DNA from: Alkalilimnicola ehrlichii MLHE-1
GTDB taxonomy: Bacteria; Pseudomonadota; Gammaproteobacteria; Nitrococcales; Halorhodospiraceae
NCBI RefSeq assembly: GCF_000014785.1
Contig: NC_008340.1
Span: 150,001-182,000, forward strand
Length of the DNA: 32,000 nucleotides
Reading direction: 5' to 3'
Both the position numbers and the translations under genes were made by a program. This document shows positions 1 through 8,525 of this stretch, piece by piece (the stretch's first letter is position 1; each line of letters begins with the position of its first letter). Under the pieces are notes generated by a model. It was given only the letters and a program-made list of their open reading frames with translations. It did not search any database and had not been told where the DNA came from.

Positions 1-548
1 GAGGTGAAGAACAGATAGGCCAGGTCGTCGGGTTGCACCGATGCCGGGCGCCAGTCAGACGGCGCACCCAACTCCGCGCGCGTCAGGAAACGGTGCTGCG
101 GGAAGCGCGCCTGCAGTGCCTGGGCCGATTCGGCAAGGGGCAGCACCACGACCATGGGGACATCCATTCCAGGTAGCAAGTCGCTGAGCAGGGCCTCACC
201 CTGCCCATCCGCCACCAGGGCCTGCAGGCCGGCCTGTTCAACCATCTGTTGGGTGCGTTCCTGCGGGAAGCCAGGGTTCAGCGGCACCACCGCCTTCCCC
301 GCCATGAGCGTGCCGAGCAGGCCGCTGTAGACGGGCAGAGAGCGATTGGCCAGTACCCCGACCAACGGCGCCGTGGTCTCCGGCATGGCGCTTTGCAGGG
401 CAGCACCGACCGCTGCGGCTTGGTGGTAGAGGTCGCTGTAGCTGTACTGCGCCCCTTGTACCTCTAGCGCGGGGCGACCGGAGTGGCGGTCGACGGATTG
501 CAAGAAACCCTGGTGGAGACCGTAGATGCCGTCGAACCCTGTTGCCAT
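1..548 (-). CDS. Acyl-CoA ligase / AMP-dependent synthetase, N-terminal part (gene runs off the left edge); exosortase A-associated type
   Basis: Absent from the ORF track because it is open at the window edge. My reverse-strand translation from ATG 548..546 reads MATGFDGIYGLHQGFLQSVDRHSGRPALEVQGAQYSYSDLYHQ...SDWRPASVQPDDLAYLFFTS. That is a typical adenylate-forming enzyme N-terminus, ending at the start of the (Y)LFFTSGSTG AMP-binding motif. AAGGAG Shine-Dalgarno (complement of 560..565) lies 11 nt upstream. Confidence 0.8.
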   Translation of the reverse strand, partial: MATGFDGIYGLHQGFLQSVDRHSGRPALEVQGAQYSYSDLYHQAAAVGAALQSAMPETTAPLVGVLANRSLPVYSGLLGTLMAGKAVVPLNPGFPQERTQQMVEQAGLQALVADGQGEALLSDLLPGMDVPMVVVLPLAESAQALQARFPQHRFLTRAELGAPSDWRPASVQPDDLAYLFFT

Positions 549-705
549 CTTCTGTCGCGCTCCTTTGTCGGTGACACGGGCACTGTTGTCACTGTGTTGC
601 CTGCCGCTAACGGCCAATATGGTTTGCAGGCGGATCTACTGCTCAGATTAGCAGTCAGGGGTGAGACTTCAGGGGTGGCGGCGCTCCGCCGGGCGGGCCT
701 GGCGC

Positions 706-2499
706 TTAACGCCCCTTGAAGAGACCCATGGCCAGGCTCATCCCGGCGTAGCGCCAACTGCCCAGGTGGCGGGGGTGGTGGCGCAGCGCCTCCAGGAAGG
801 ACCGGCTGGCCCTGCGGGGGTTACCGCTCCAGTAGTGGTGATAGCCAAAGTCAAAGCAGGTGCCGGCCAGGCGTCGCTCGACGGCCTTGCGGTCGGAGCG
901 TTCACCGGTGGGTCCCTCCAGCCCCCAGCGGGCCAACGCCTTTTCCACCACCAGCTTTTCGTAGTTGATGTCCGGCCATTGGGTGATGCAGCCGCTGCCG
1001 TGCAATCGGTACAGCGCGAACACCCGGTCCAGCTGGTGGATCTCGGTGTGGCGGGAGGCCCGCAGCCAGTAGTCGTAATCCTGACCCCGTTTCAGTTCGG
1101 GATCGAACCGGCCGACCTGCTCGATCAGCTCACGGCGGGCCATGACCGTGATGGTGTGCAGTAGCGAGCCAAAGAGCAGCCGGTTGTAGAGCCAGCCGGA
1201 GCCTTCGGTCAGCAGCGGGATCTCTTCCGGAGGTACCCCGGTATCAGGTGTTGCCGGTGCCAGGGCTTCGGGTGGGGGGAAGGCCTTGGACTGCTTGTCC
1301 CGTTTCCAGGGCAGCCAGTCCGAGTAGATCATGCCCACATCCGGGTGCGCCTCCAGGTACCCCACCTGCGCCGTCAGCTTGCCCGGCAGCCACACGTCGT
1401 CGGAATCCAGAAAGGCGATGTACTCCCCCTGGGCGGCATCCAGGCCCTGGTTCCGGGCCACCGCCGAGCCCTGGTTGGCCTGGGTCAACAGCCGTACCCG
1501 GTCACCGTAGGCTTGCACCCGGGCCACCGTGTCGTCACTGGAGCCATCGTCGATGACAATTAGCTCCTTGTGCGGGTAGTCCTGGGCCAGGACGCTGTCG
1601 ATGGCCTCCTCGATGTAACTGGCGGCGTTGAACGCCGGCATGATCACCGAAACCAGGGGCTGGGCGCTTGCATCGGCCGCTTGCGCTGCTGCCGCCGGGC
1701 CGCGCTGGAGGCAACCCAGCGTCCGTTGCCACAGCGCAGGTACCGTGCGGATCTCCTGGGTGGACCAGAAGGGTTCGCCGGGCACCACTGCGGCCTGCAC
1801 CGCGATACCGGCCTCCTGCCAGTCGTCCACCAGCCGCTGACTGGCAGGAGGCAGCTGCGGGGCATCCCCCTGCATCACTTCCACCCAGTGCACCTCGACG
1901 CCATCGGGCGGTTGCTGCAAACGGGCCTGCTCCAGCGCCTGGGCCAGGGCCGGTGCCAGTGGGTAGCCGGCGATCTCCAGGGTCTCGCCGCCGGCCAGGC
2001 GCTCACGCAATGCCGCGGTGGTCTCCTTTCCGCCGCTCATCATCCCGGCGGCCACGCGCAGACGCAGGAACTGGGTCAGGAAGAGCTTGCCGTTGCCGAC
2101 CGGTTGCCAGTAGAGCAGTGAGCGGGGTGGGGTCTCCAGGCGGTGGGCCAGGGCGCTGGCCAGCAGGCAGCCGCTGCGCAGCCCCCACAGGTGCAGCGGG
2201 GCCGGAAAACGGGCGCATAGCGTCTCCGCGCACCGCTGCAGGTCGTCCAGCCAGGCCTCCCAGCGGGCATCCTGCAACTCACCGGCGCTGTCGCCGCAGC
2301 CATACAGGTCGGGCAGCAGCACGGCGTAGCCGGCAGCCGCCAGCCTGCGCGCCTGCTCCGCCACCATGCGGCGGGATTTGTTCAGCTCCTCCGCAAACGG
2401 CGGAGCATAGAGCACGCAACCCTTGGGGGGCTCCGCCTCCGGTGGGTGAAGGATATGGAAGAGTGGCCCTTGGGGCCCTTCTAGAAATCCGGCTTCCAT
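706..2499 (-). CDS. Fusion protein: exosortase A system-associated alpha/beta hydrolase (hydrolase-2-like, aa 1-265) + family-2 glycosyltransferase (aa ~281-597)
   Basis: ORF 706..2715, trimmed to ATG 2499 (MEAGFLEGPQGPLFHILHPP...) because the first 72 codons overlap the ACP gene in another frame. N-terminal half: PPFAEELNKSRRMVAEQARRLAAAGYAVLLPDLYGCGDS, alpha/beta-hydrolase-like. An Ala-rich linker RGPAAAAQAADASAQ follows. C-terminal half has GT2 signatures: VSVIMPAFNAASYIEEAIDSVLAQDY, VIDDGSSDDT, FLDSDD. Confidence 0.8.
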   Translation of the reverse strand: MEAGFLEGPQGPLFHILHPPEAEPPKGCVLYAPPFAEELNKSRRMVAEQARRLAAAGYAVLLPDLYGCGDSAGELQDARWEAWLDDLQRCAETLCARFPAPLHLWGLRSGCLLASALAHRLETPPRSLLYWQPVGNGKLFLTQFLRLRVAAGMMSGGKETTAALRERLAGGETLEIAGYPLAPALAQALEQARLQQPPDGVEVHWVEVMQGDAPQLPPASQRLVDDWQEAGIAVQAAVVPGEPFWSTQEIRTVPALWQRTLGCLQRGPAAAAQAADASAQPLVSVIMPAFNAASYIEEAIDSVLAQDYPHKELIVIDDGSSDDTVARVQAYGDRVRLLTQANQGSAVARNQGLDAAQGEYIAFLDSDDVWLPGKLTAQVGYLEAHPDVGMIYSDWLPWKRDKQSKAFPPPEALAPATPDTGVPPEEIPLLTEGSGWLYNRLLFGSLLHTITVMARRELIEQVGRFDPELKRGQDYDYWLRASRHTEIHQLDRVFALYRLHGSGCITQWPDINYEKLVVEKALARWGLEGPTGERSDRKAVERRLAGTCFDFGYHHYWSGNPRRASRSFLEALRHHPRHLGSWRYAGMSLAMGLFKGR

Positions 2500-2512
2500 A
2501 CGGGGGATGGGC

Positions 2513-2767
2513 TCAGGCCTCTTCCAGCTTCGATTCCACGAAGTCGCAGAGGCTGCCCACGGTCTCGAAGGTCTCGGCACTGACGTCGTCGTCCTCGACC
2601 ATGATGCCAAAGCGCTGTTCCAGCTCGGTGATGACGGATACCACCGCCATCGAGTCCAGCTCCGGAAGGTCCCCCAACAGCACGGTGTCGCGGTCGAACG
2701 AGCGGGCGCGGCCATTGAGGCTCAGCGCGCTGTCCAGGATCTCCCTGACCTGGTCTAGACTTGACAT
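2513..2767 (-). CDS. Acyl carrier protein (exosortase A locus type)
   Basis: ORF 2513..2800 trimmed to ATG 2767 (MSSLDQVREILDSAL...), with a GGAGG SD about 10 nt upstream. Phosphopantetheine attachment motif LGDLPELDSMAVVSVITELE; about 84 aa and acidic, as expected for an ACP. Confidence 0.85.
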   Translation of the reverse strand: MSSLDQVREILDSALSLNGRARSFDRDTVLLGDLPELDSMAVVSVITELEQRFGIMVEDDDVSAETFETVGSLCDFVESKLEEA

Positions 2768-2838
2768 GAAAGCATTACCTCCAACGTGGGTGAAACACAT
2801 CGAAGTGTAGCACCTGACCTATAGGAAAGGATGGTCAA

Positions 2839-4695
2839 ATGGCGGGATTGTGTGGCTGGTTTAGCACGGGCGGCGGGCAGGATGGGCGGGACATTCGGTC
2901 ACGGGCCGATACGCTGGCGGCCCGTCGGGGCGCCGGAATGGACAGCCGGAGCAACCCGCGCGCGGCCTGTCTGGTGCGGGACGGCTGGCTGGCGGAGGAT
3001 GACCAGGGACGCATGGTGGCGCTGGTGGGCCACCCGCACTGGCGCGATGGCGAACTGGCTGAACTGGCCCGCGCGCAGGACCCCGCCCAGGCGCTGCTCG
3101 AGGCTTGGCGGCGGCATGGTCCGGGGCTGTTGGACTGCCTGGCGGGGGACTTTGCCCTCGCTGTGATCGATACCGCGCAAGGCCGGGTATTGGCGGGGGT
3201 CGACCGGATGGGCCAGCAGCCGCTGCACTATGCCCGTATTCCCGGCGGGGTGGTCTTCGGCAGCACCGCTGACAGCGTGTTGGCCCATCCGGGGCTTTCC
3301 CGTACGCCGACCCCGGAGGGGCTCTACCACTACCTCTTCTTCCACATGTTGCCGGCGCCGGTCAGCCTCTTCCCCGACCTGGCCAAGCTGCAGGGGGCCC
3401 ACTGCCTCCAGGCCGAGGGCGGCGCCGTGGAGGCCACCCCTTACTGGCAGCCACGCTTCCAGGAGCCCGACGGGGCGGATGGGGCCGAGCTGGGCGAGGA
3501 GCTGCGGGGGCTTTTGCACGAGTCGGTGCGCCGGCGGGCGGATGTGGACCGGCCGGGCGCCTTTCTCAGCGGCGGACTGGACAGCTCCACCGTCGCCGGC
3601 ATGCTCGCCGGGGTGCGCCCGGAGGGTGCGGACACCTTCAGCATCGGCTTTCACGCCGAGGGCTACGATGAGCTGCCCTACGCCCGGATTGCCGCCCGCC
3701 ACTTCGGTACCCGCTCGCACGAGTATTACGTGACCCCCGAGGATGTGGTGGAGGCCGTGCCGCTTATCGCGGCCAGCTACGACGAGCCCTTCGGCAACTC
3801 CTCCGCCCTGCCCGCCTACTTCTGCGCCCGGGTGGCCGCCGAGCAGGGCGTCACCCGCATGCTCGCCGGCGACGGCGGGGACGAGCTGTTCGCCGGTAAC
3901 GCCCGCTACGCCAAGCAGGGCGTGTTCGAGCACTGGGGCCGGCTGCCGGCGCCGGCCCGCCGGGCGCTGGAGCCGCTGTTCACCCGCCTGCCCCGTGGGC
4001 TGCCGGTGCTGGGCAAGGCGCGCAGCTACGTGGAACAGGCCCGCATCCCCCTGCCCGACCGGCTGCAGACCTATAACTACCTGCACCGGCTGGCGGTGGA
4101 GGAGATGCTCGAGCCGGACTTCCTCGGCCAGGTGGACCGGGAGGCCCCCTGGGGGCTGATGCGCAGTATCTACCAGCGCCCCCAGGGGGCCTCCGCCCTC
4201 AACCGCATGATGTACCTGGACTGGCAGCAGACCCTGGCGGACAACGACCTGCGCAAGGTCAGCCGGATGGTGCAACTGGCGGGGCTGGACGTGGTTTATC
4301 CCATGCTGGACGACGACCTGGTGGTCTTCTCCTGCCGGGTGCCCTCGGCGCTCAAACTGCACAAGGGGCGCCTGCGCCACTTCTACAAGGAGGCCCTGAG
4401 CGGTTTTCTGCCCGCTGAGATCATCGACAAGAAGAAGCACGGCTTTGGCCTACCCTTCGGGGTCTGGATGCACGAGCATCCCCCGCTGCGCGAGATGGCC
4501 TACGATAGCCTGCTGCGGCTTAAGGGGCAGGGCTTCCTGCGCCCTGCCTTCATCGACGAGCTGATCCGGCTGCACCGGGAGGGCCACTCCGCCTACTACG
4601 GCGATTTCGTTTGGATACTCATGATGCTGGACCTGTGGCTGGAAGCGCATCCGGCGGAGGGCGCGGGCCGGTTGCCTCGGGCTGCTCAGGCCTAG
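2839..4695 (+). CDS. Asparagine synthetase-family ATP-dependent amidoligase, paralog with degenerate glutaminase domain
   Basis: 618-aa ORF. PP-loop FLSGGLDSSTVAG and an AsnB-like synthetase domain (SYDEPFGNSSALP, GDGGDELFAGN). The N-terminal domain lacks the HRGPD, RRLSIID and NGEIYN motifs present in the paralog at 8526..10421. AGGAAAGGA SD lies upstream of ATG 2839; an in-frame TTG at 2848 sits directly before a Cys codon. Confidence 0.85.
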   Translation: MAGLCGWFSTGGGQDGRDIRSRADTLAARRGAGMDSRSNPRAACLVRDGWLAEDDQGRMVALVGHPHWRDGELAELARAQDPAQALLEAWRRHGPGLLDCLAGDFALAVIDTAQGRVLAGVDRMGQQPLHYARIPGGVVFGSTADSVLAHPGLSRTPTPEGLYHYLFFHMLPAPVSLFPDLAKLQGAHCLQAEGGAVEATPYWQPRFQEPDGADGAELGEELRGLLHESVRRRADVDRPGAFLSGGLDSSTVAGMLAGVRPEGADTFSIGFHAEGYDELPYARIAARHFGTRSHEYYVTPEDVVEAVPLIAASYDEPFGNSSALPAYFCARVAAEQGVTRMLAGDGGDELFAGNARYAKQGVFEHWGRLPAPARRALEPLFTRLPRGLPVLGKARSYVEQARIPLPDRLQTYNYLHRLAVEEMLEPDFLGQVDREAPWGLMRSIYQRPQGASALNRMMYLDWQQTLADNDLRKVSRMVQLAGLDVVYPMLDDDLVVFSCRVPSALKLHKGRLRHFYKEALSGFLPAEIIDKKKHGFGLPFGVWMHEHPPLREMAYDSLLRLKGQGFLRPAFIDELIRLHREGHSAYYGDFVWILMMLDLWLEAHPAEGAGRLPRAAQA

Positions 4696-6044
4696 CCGGC
4701 GTCCACCCGGCAGACCACGTGGCGGTGCTTGCCGTTGGGCTCCGGCGGCACGGCGTCCACCCGGCGCAGGGTGATGCCCACCTCCGGGCCCAGGGCATCG
4801 GCGAAGGCCATCCGCAGTCGCTGCTCGAACCCCTCGTCGGGGGGCGGGTCGGCGCTCAGCAGCACCTCCACGGCGTCGCGCCGGTGCTGGACGATCTTGT
4901 AGGCGCGCAGCCCGTCCAGTTCCCGCAGCAGGTAGTTGAAGCGGCTGCCGTGCACCCAGGCCCCGTTCCAGGCCAGCAGGCCGTCGTTGGCCCGGCCCTC
5001 CAGGCGGCTGAGCCGGGGCAGCCCGCGGCCGCAGGGGCAGGGCGTGGTATCTAAAGCGCCGCGGTCGCCCGTGCGGTAGCGGAGGAAGGGGAACTCGGGC
5101 CCGGCCAGGGTGGTGACCACCAGGTGACCGGCCTCGCCGGGCGGGACCGGTTGGTCCGCGTCGTCCAGCACCTCGACGATCAGGTACTCGGCGCTGACGT
5201 GCAGCCCCCCCGCCGGGCACTCCCGGGCGATGAAGCCCGCATCCCGCGCGCCGTACTCGTTGGCCACGCCGCAGCCCAGCACCTCGCCGATCACCCCGCG
5301 CCACTCCGGGCGCAGCACCTCCGAGGTGGTGAAGGCCACCCGGATGCCCAGGTCATCCAGTCGCCGGCCCTGCTCCCGCGCCCGCCAGGCCACCCGCGAG
5401 AGCGCCGAGGGGTAGCCGAACAGCATGCGCGGTCGGAACCGTTGGATCTGCTCAATGACCCGGTCCAGGCCCGGCCCGTCCAGCGCCTGCGCCGGCACCA
5501 GCCGGGAGCGCATCAGTCGGTCGCGCCAGGCGCGGAGGCGGTTCTGGGCCTGGTTCTCCACGGCGGAGCCCCAGAGCACCAGCTCGCGGTCGCCGATGTC
5601 CACGTCCCACCAGCGGGTGGCGCGCCACTTGGCGGCGATATCCAGGCTGATCCGGTCCTTGCTCAGCCAAAAGGTCAGCGGCTCGCCGGAGGAGCCGCTG
5701 GTCCGCTGGCGCACCAGGCCGGTGGCGCCCTCCGCCAGCCAGTCCTGGCCCTGGGCCCGGATCAGCGCCTTGTCCGTGACCGGCAGCCGGGCCAGGTCGT
5801 CGAGGGTGCGGAACTGCTCGGGGGTCAGGCCCTGCGCCCGGAACAGGCGCCGGTAGTAGGGCACGCGCGTGGCCACGTCGTGTAACAGGGCCTGCAGCCG
5901 TTGCACCTGCAGCGCCGCCAGCCGGTCTGCCGGCCACCACTGGCTGGCCTCCAGCGCCCGCCGATGGGCGACGCTGTGGTGGCCCTTGAGCCGCTCGTGC
6001 AGGGGGAACAGGCCCCCGGCCACCAGGCGGGTCCAGGGGCTCAT
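4692..6044 (-). CDS. Phenylacetate-CoA ligase-like (PaaK / CapK / F390-synthetase family) adenylate-forming enzyme
   Basis: 450-aa ORF. N-terminus LFPLHERLKGHHSV...SQWWPADRLAALQVQRLQALLHDVATRVPYYRRLF and the motif TSGSSGEPL are characteristic of this family. The start overlaps the upstream stop (ATGA at 6041..6044). Confidence 0.8.
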   Translation of the reverse strand: MSPWTRLVAGGLFPLHERLKGHHSVAHRRALEASQWWPADRLAALQVQRLQALLHDVATRVPYYRRLFRAQGLTPEQFRTLDDLARLPVTDKALIRAQGQDWLAEGATGLVRQRTSGSSGEPLTFWLSKDRISLDIAAKWRATRWWDVDIGDRELVLWGSAVENQAQNRLRAWRDRLMRSRLVPAQALDGPGLDRVIEQIQRFRPRMLFGYPSALSRVAWRAREQGRRLDDLGIRVAFTTSEVLRPEWRGVIGEVLGCGVANEYGARDAGFIARECPAGGLHVSAEYLIVEVLDDADQPVPPGEAGHLVVTTLAGPEFPFLRYRTGDRGALDTTPCPCGRGLPRLSRLEGRANDGLLAWNGAWVHGSRFNYLLRELDGLRAYKIVQHRRDAVEVLLSADPPPDEGFEQRLRMAFADALGPEVGITLRRVDAVPPEPNGKHRHVVCRVDAG

Positions 6045-7294
6045 GACTTGCCGGAGGAGGGGGTCGGGACGGTGGCGGGGGCCTTGCCGTCGTGGACGGC
6101 CTGGAAGGCGGTCACCAGCTGCGGGATCCGGGTCTGCCAGGCGTTAGCCTGGGCGTGGGCCAGGATGGCCTCGCGGTCCCAGTCGCGGCTCAGCGCCTGG
6201 TCGATGGCCTCGCGCAGGGCAGCGGCGTCGCCGTAGGGGACCAGCAGCCCCACCCGCTCCGAGGGGACCACCTCGGCATTGCCCCCCACCCGGGTGGTGA
6301 CGATGGGCAGGCCGCAGGCGCTGGCCTCCAGGAAGACGTTCGCCCAGCCCTCGAAGCGGGTGGCCAGCACGAAGAGGTCGCCGGCGGAGTAGACGTGGCG
6401 CAGCTCTTCCGGAGGGACCTGGCCCAGGAAATGCACTCGTTCGCCGAGCCCGAGATCGGTCGTCTGCCGGCGCAACTCGGCCTCGTTGTTGCCTTCGGGG
6501 CTGGCGCCGCCAGCGATGGCGAAGTGCAGGTCCGGATGGCGCCTCAGCAGGTCGGGCAGCACGGCGATCACCCGGTGAAAGCCCTTGCGCTCGGTGAGTC
6601 CGCCCACCGAGACCAGCAGTTGTCCACGGGCGGGCAGACCCAGGCATTCCCGGCTCTCCGCCCGGTCTTCCGGGTAAAATCGCTGCAGATCGACGCCGTT
6701 ACCCACCACCTGCACGTGATCCGGAGCCTGCCCCCAGGCGATGGCGTCCTGGCGCAGGGCGTCGGCCACCGAGAAGACGTGCGCGGCCTCGCTCATGGCC
6801 CGCTCGATCTGGCGCCGCTCGGCCCCCTTGCCCTTGAAGCGGGTCAGGCTGCCGCGCAGGGTGATGGTGTAGGGGCGGTTCAGCCAGCGGCCCAGCCAGC
6901 GCGCGGCCACGCCGTCCGGGTAGACGAAGTGGGCGTCGATGACATCGAAGTCGAACGACCGCTGCAGCCGGCGCATCAGGGGCAGGCTGCCCAGGGCCTG
7001 GAAGAACCCGTCGGTCCACTTGAACAGCCCGGGGATGCAAAAGAAGCGCGGATGGTGCACCCGGATGCCGTCCTGCTCCTCCACGTAGGGGACATCGGCG
7101 GGGCGGGAGTGGGGGCGCAGCCGGCCCAGCAGCCCCTGAAAGGGAAACCAGGGCACCGGCGCCACCACCTCCAGGTCCAGGTGCTCGGCCACCCGACGCA
7201 TGCGCTCGCGCACGAACAGGCCGAGGCCGGGCTGGGCCCGGTTGGGGTAGACGCGGGTGTAAACCACCAGGCGGGGGCGACGCTCAGCCGGCAC
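6041..7294 (-). CDS. Glycosyltransferase, GT-B fold (family 4-like)
   Basis: 417-aa ORF with a GTG start at 7294. RLVVYTRVYPN... N-terminus; C-terminal half has the GT4-type pattern (LVSVGGLTERKGFHRVI, FLGQVP...L...Y, FVLATRFEGWANVFLEASACGLPIVTT). Confidence 0.85.
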   Translation of the reverse strand: MPAERRPRLVVYTRVYPNRAQPGLGLFVRERMRRVAEHLDLEVVAPVPWFPFQGLLGRLRPHSRPADVPYVEEQDGIRVHHPRFFCIPGLFKWTDGFFQALGSLPLMRRLQRSFDFDVIDAHFVYPDGVAARWLGRWLNRPYTITLRGSLTRFKGKGAERRQIERAMSEAAHVFSVADALRQDAIAWGQAPDHVQVVGNGVDLQRFYPEDRAESRECLGLPARGQLLVSVGGLTERKGFHRVIAVLPDLLRRHPDLHFAIAGGASPEGNNEAELRRQTTDLGLGERVHFLGQVPPEELRHVYSAGDLFVLATRFEGWANVFLEASACGLPIVTTRVGGNAEVVPSERVGLLVPYGDAAALREAIDQALSRDWDREAILAHAQANAWQTRIPQLVTAFQAVHDGKAPATVPTPSSGKS

Positions 7295-8519
7295 GGGCGG
7301 CCTCCCCGAGCCCTGTCAGGCGGCGGTAGATGGCCTGATAGCGGGCCACGCTCGCCGGCCAGTTGCGCTCCTCCTCGACAAATCGGCGGCCATTGGCGCG
7401 CACCTGCGGCCAGTCCGCGGCGCGGGCGAGGGTGTGCAGGACGGTATCGGCCAGGGCCTTGGGGTCGCCGGCCGGGAACAGCCAGCCGGTCTCGCCATCG
7501 CGGATCAGCTCCCGGTGGCCCCCCACGTCGGAGGCCACCAGCAGCCGGCCCTGGGCCATGGCCTCCAGCGGCTTGAGCGGGGTGACCAGCTCGGTCAGGC
7601 GCATGGAATGGCGCGGGTAGACCAGCAGGTCCACCAGGTCATAGTAGCGGTTGACCTGGTCATGGGGGACCCGGCCGGTGAAGACCACCTGGTCGGCGAT
7701 GCCCAGGTCCCGGGCCTGGGCCTTGAGCGCCTCCGCCTGGCTGCCCCCGCCCACCAGCAGGATGCGGACATCGGGGGCCTGGTCGTGGATGCGTGGGAAG
7801 GCCTGCAGCAGCAGGTCCAGCCCCTCGTAGGCGTAGAAGGAACCGATGAAACCGAGCACCCGGCAGCCCTCCAGGCCCAGTTCCGCCTTCAGGGCCGGGT
7901 CGGCGGTACCGCCGAGTTGGAACCGCTCCGCGTCCACGGCGTTGGGGATGACGGTGACCCGGCCCGGGGCGATGCCGCGGGTGATGATGTCCTGGCGCAG
8001 CCCCTCGCAGATCGTTGTGACATGGTCGGCGCGTCGCAGGGCGCGGGTCTCCAGGCCGCGGGTGAGCCGGTAACGCAGCCCCTGATCGCGGCTGGTGCCA
8101 TGGTCCACCGCGGCGTCCTCCCAGAAGGCCCGCACCTCGTAGACCACCGGGATGCCCAGCCGCCGGCCCACCCGCAGGGCGGGGATGGCGTTCAGGGCCG
8201 GCGAGTGGGCGTGCAGGACGTCCGGTCGGGTCTCTGCGGCCACCTGGTGCAGGCGTCGGGTGAGCGCATCCATCAGGGTCCACTCGCCCAGTCCGGGGAC
8301 CCGCAGGGGGGTGTGGGGGGTGCGGTGGAAGTGCAACCCCTCCGCCCACTCCTCGCGGTCGGCGTCCGCGCCGGCCGCCACCCCGTGTTTCGGGCTGGTC
8401 AGGTGCACGGTCTCCCAGCCCAGCCGGTGCTGCTCGCGCAGGATGGCGGCCGTGCGGAAGGTGTAGCCGCTGTGCAGGGGCAGGGAATGGTCGAGGATGT
8501 GGAGCACTTTCATGGGCAT
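7284..8519 (-). CDS. Glycosyltransferase, exosortase A system-associated type (GT-B fold)
   Basis: 411-aa ORF. MPMKVLHILDHSLPLHSGYTFRT... matches the N-terminus I recall for the exosortase A-associated GT family. C-terminal motifs: FTGRVPHDQV, PLKPLEAMAQGRLLVASDVGGHRELI. Confidence 0.85.
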   Translation of the reverse strand: MPMKVLHILDHSLPLHSGYTFRTAAILREQHRLGWETVHLTSPKHGVAAGADADREEWAEGLHFHRTPHTPLRVPGLGEWTLMDALTRRLHQVAAETRPDVLHAHSPALNAIPALRVGRRLGIPVVYEVRAFWEDAAVDHGTSRDQGLRYRLTRGLETRALRRADHVTTICEGLRQDIITRGIAPGRVTVIPNAVDAERFQLGGTADPALKAELGLEGCRVLGFIGSFYAYEGLDLLLQAFPRIHDQAPDVRILLVGGGSQAEALKAQARDLGIADQVVFTGRVPHDQVNRYYDLVDLLVYPRHSMRLTELVTPLKPLEAMAQGRLLVASDVGGHRELIRDGETGWLFPAGDPKALADTVLHTLARAADWPQVRANGRRFVEEERNWPASVARYQAIYRRLTGLGEAARAG

Positions 8520-8525
8520 GCCGCG

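Noticed and set aside
549-705. Terminator between the hydrolase-GT2 gene and the acyl-CoA ligase gene
   Set aside because: Short hairpins exist on the minus-strand transcript (GGCGG-AGCG-CCGCC; CTGCT-AATCTG-AGCAG; GTGACA-N10-TGTCAC). None is followed by a U-tract, so I cannot support an intrinsic terminator. The 157-bp gap may instead hold an internal promoter.
2500-2715. N-terminal extensions offered by the ORF track (706..2715, 2513..2800, 15519..16616, 17494..19065, 21798.., 22457.., 24816.., 30519..)
   Set aside because: Each extension overlaps the upstream gene or non-coding or repeat DNA and has no family similarity. A downstream in-frame start with a proper SD begins exactly where the conserved protein sequence starts.
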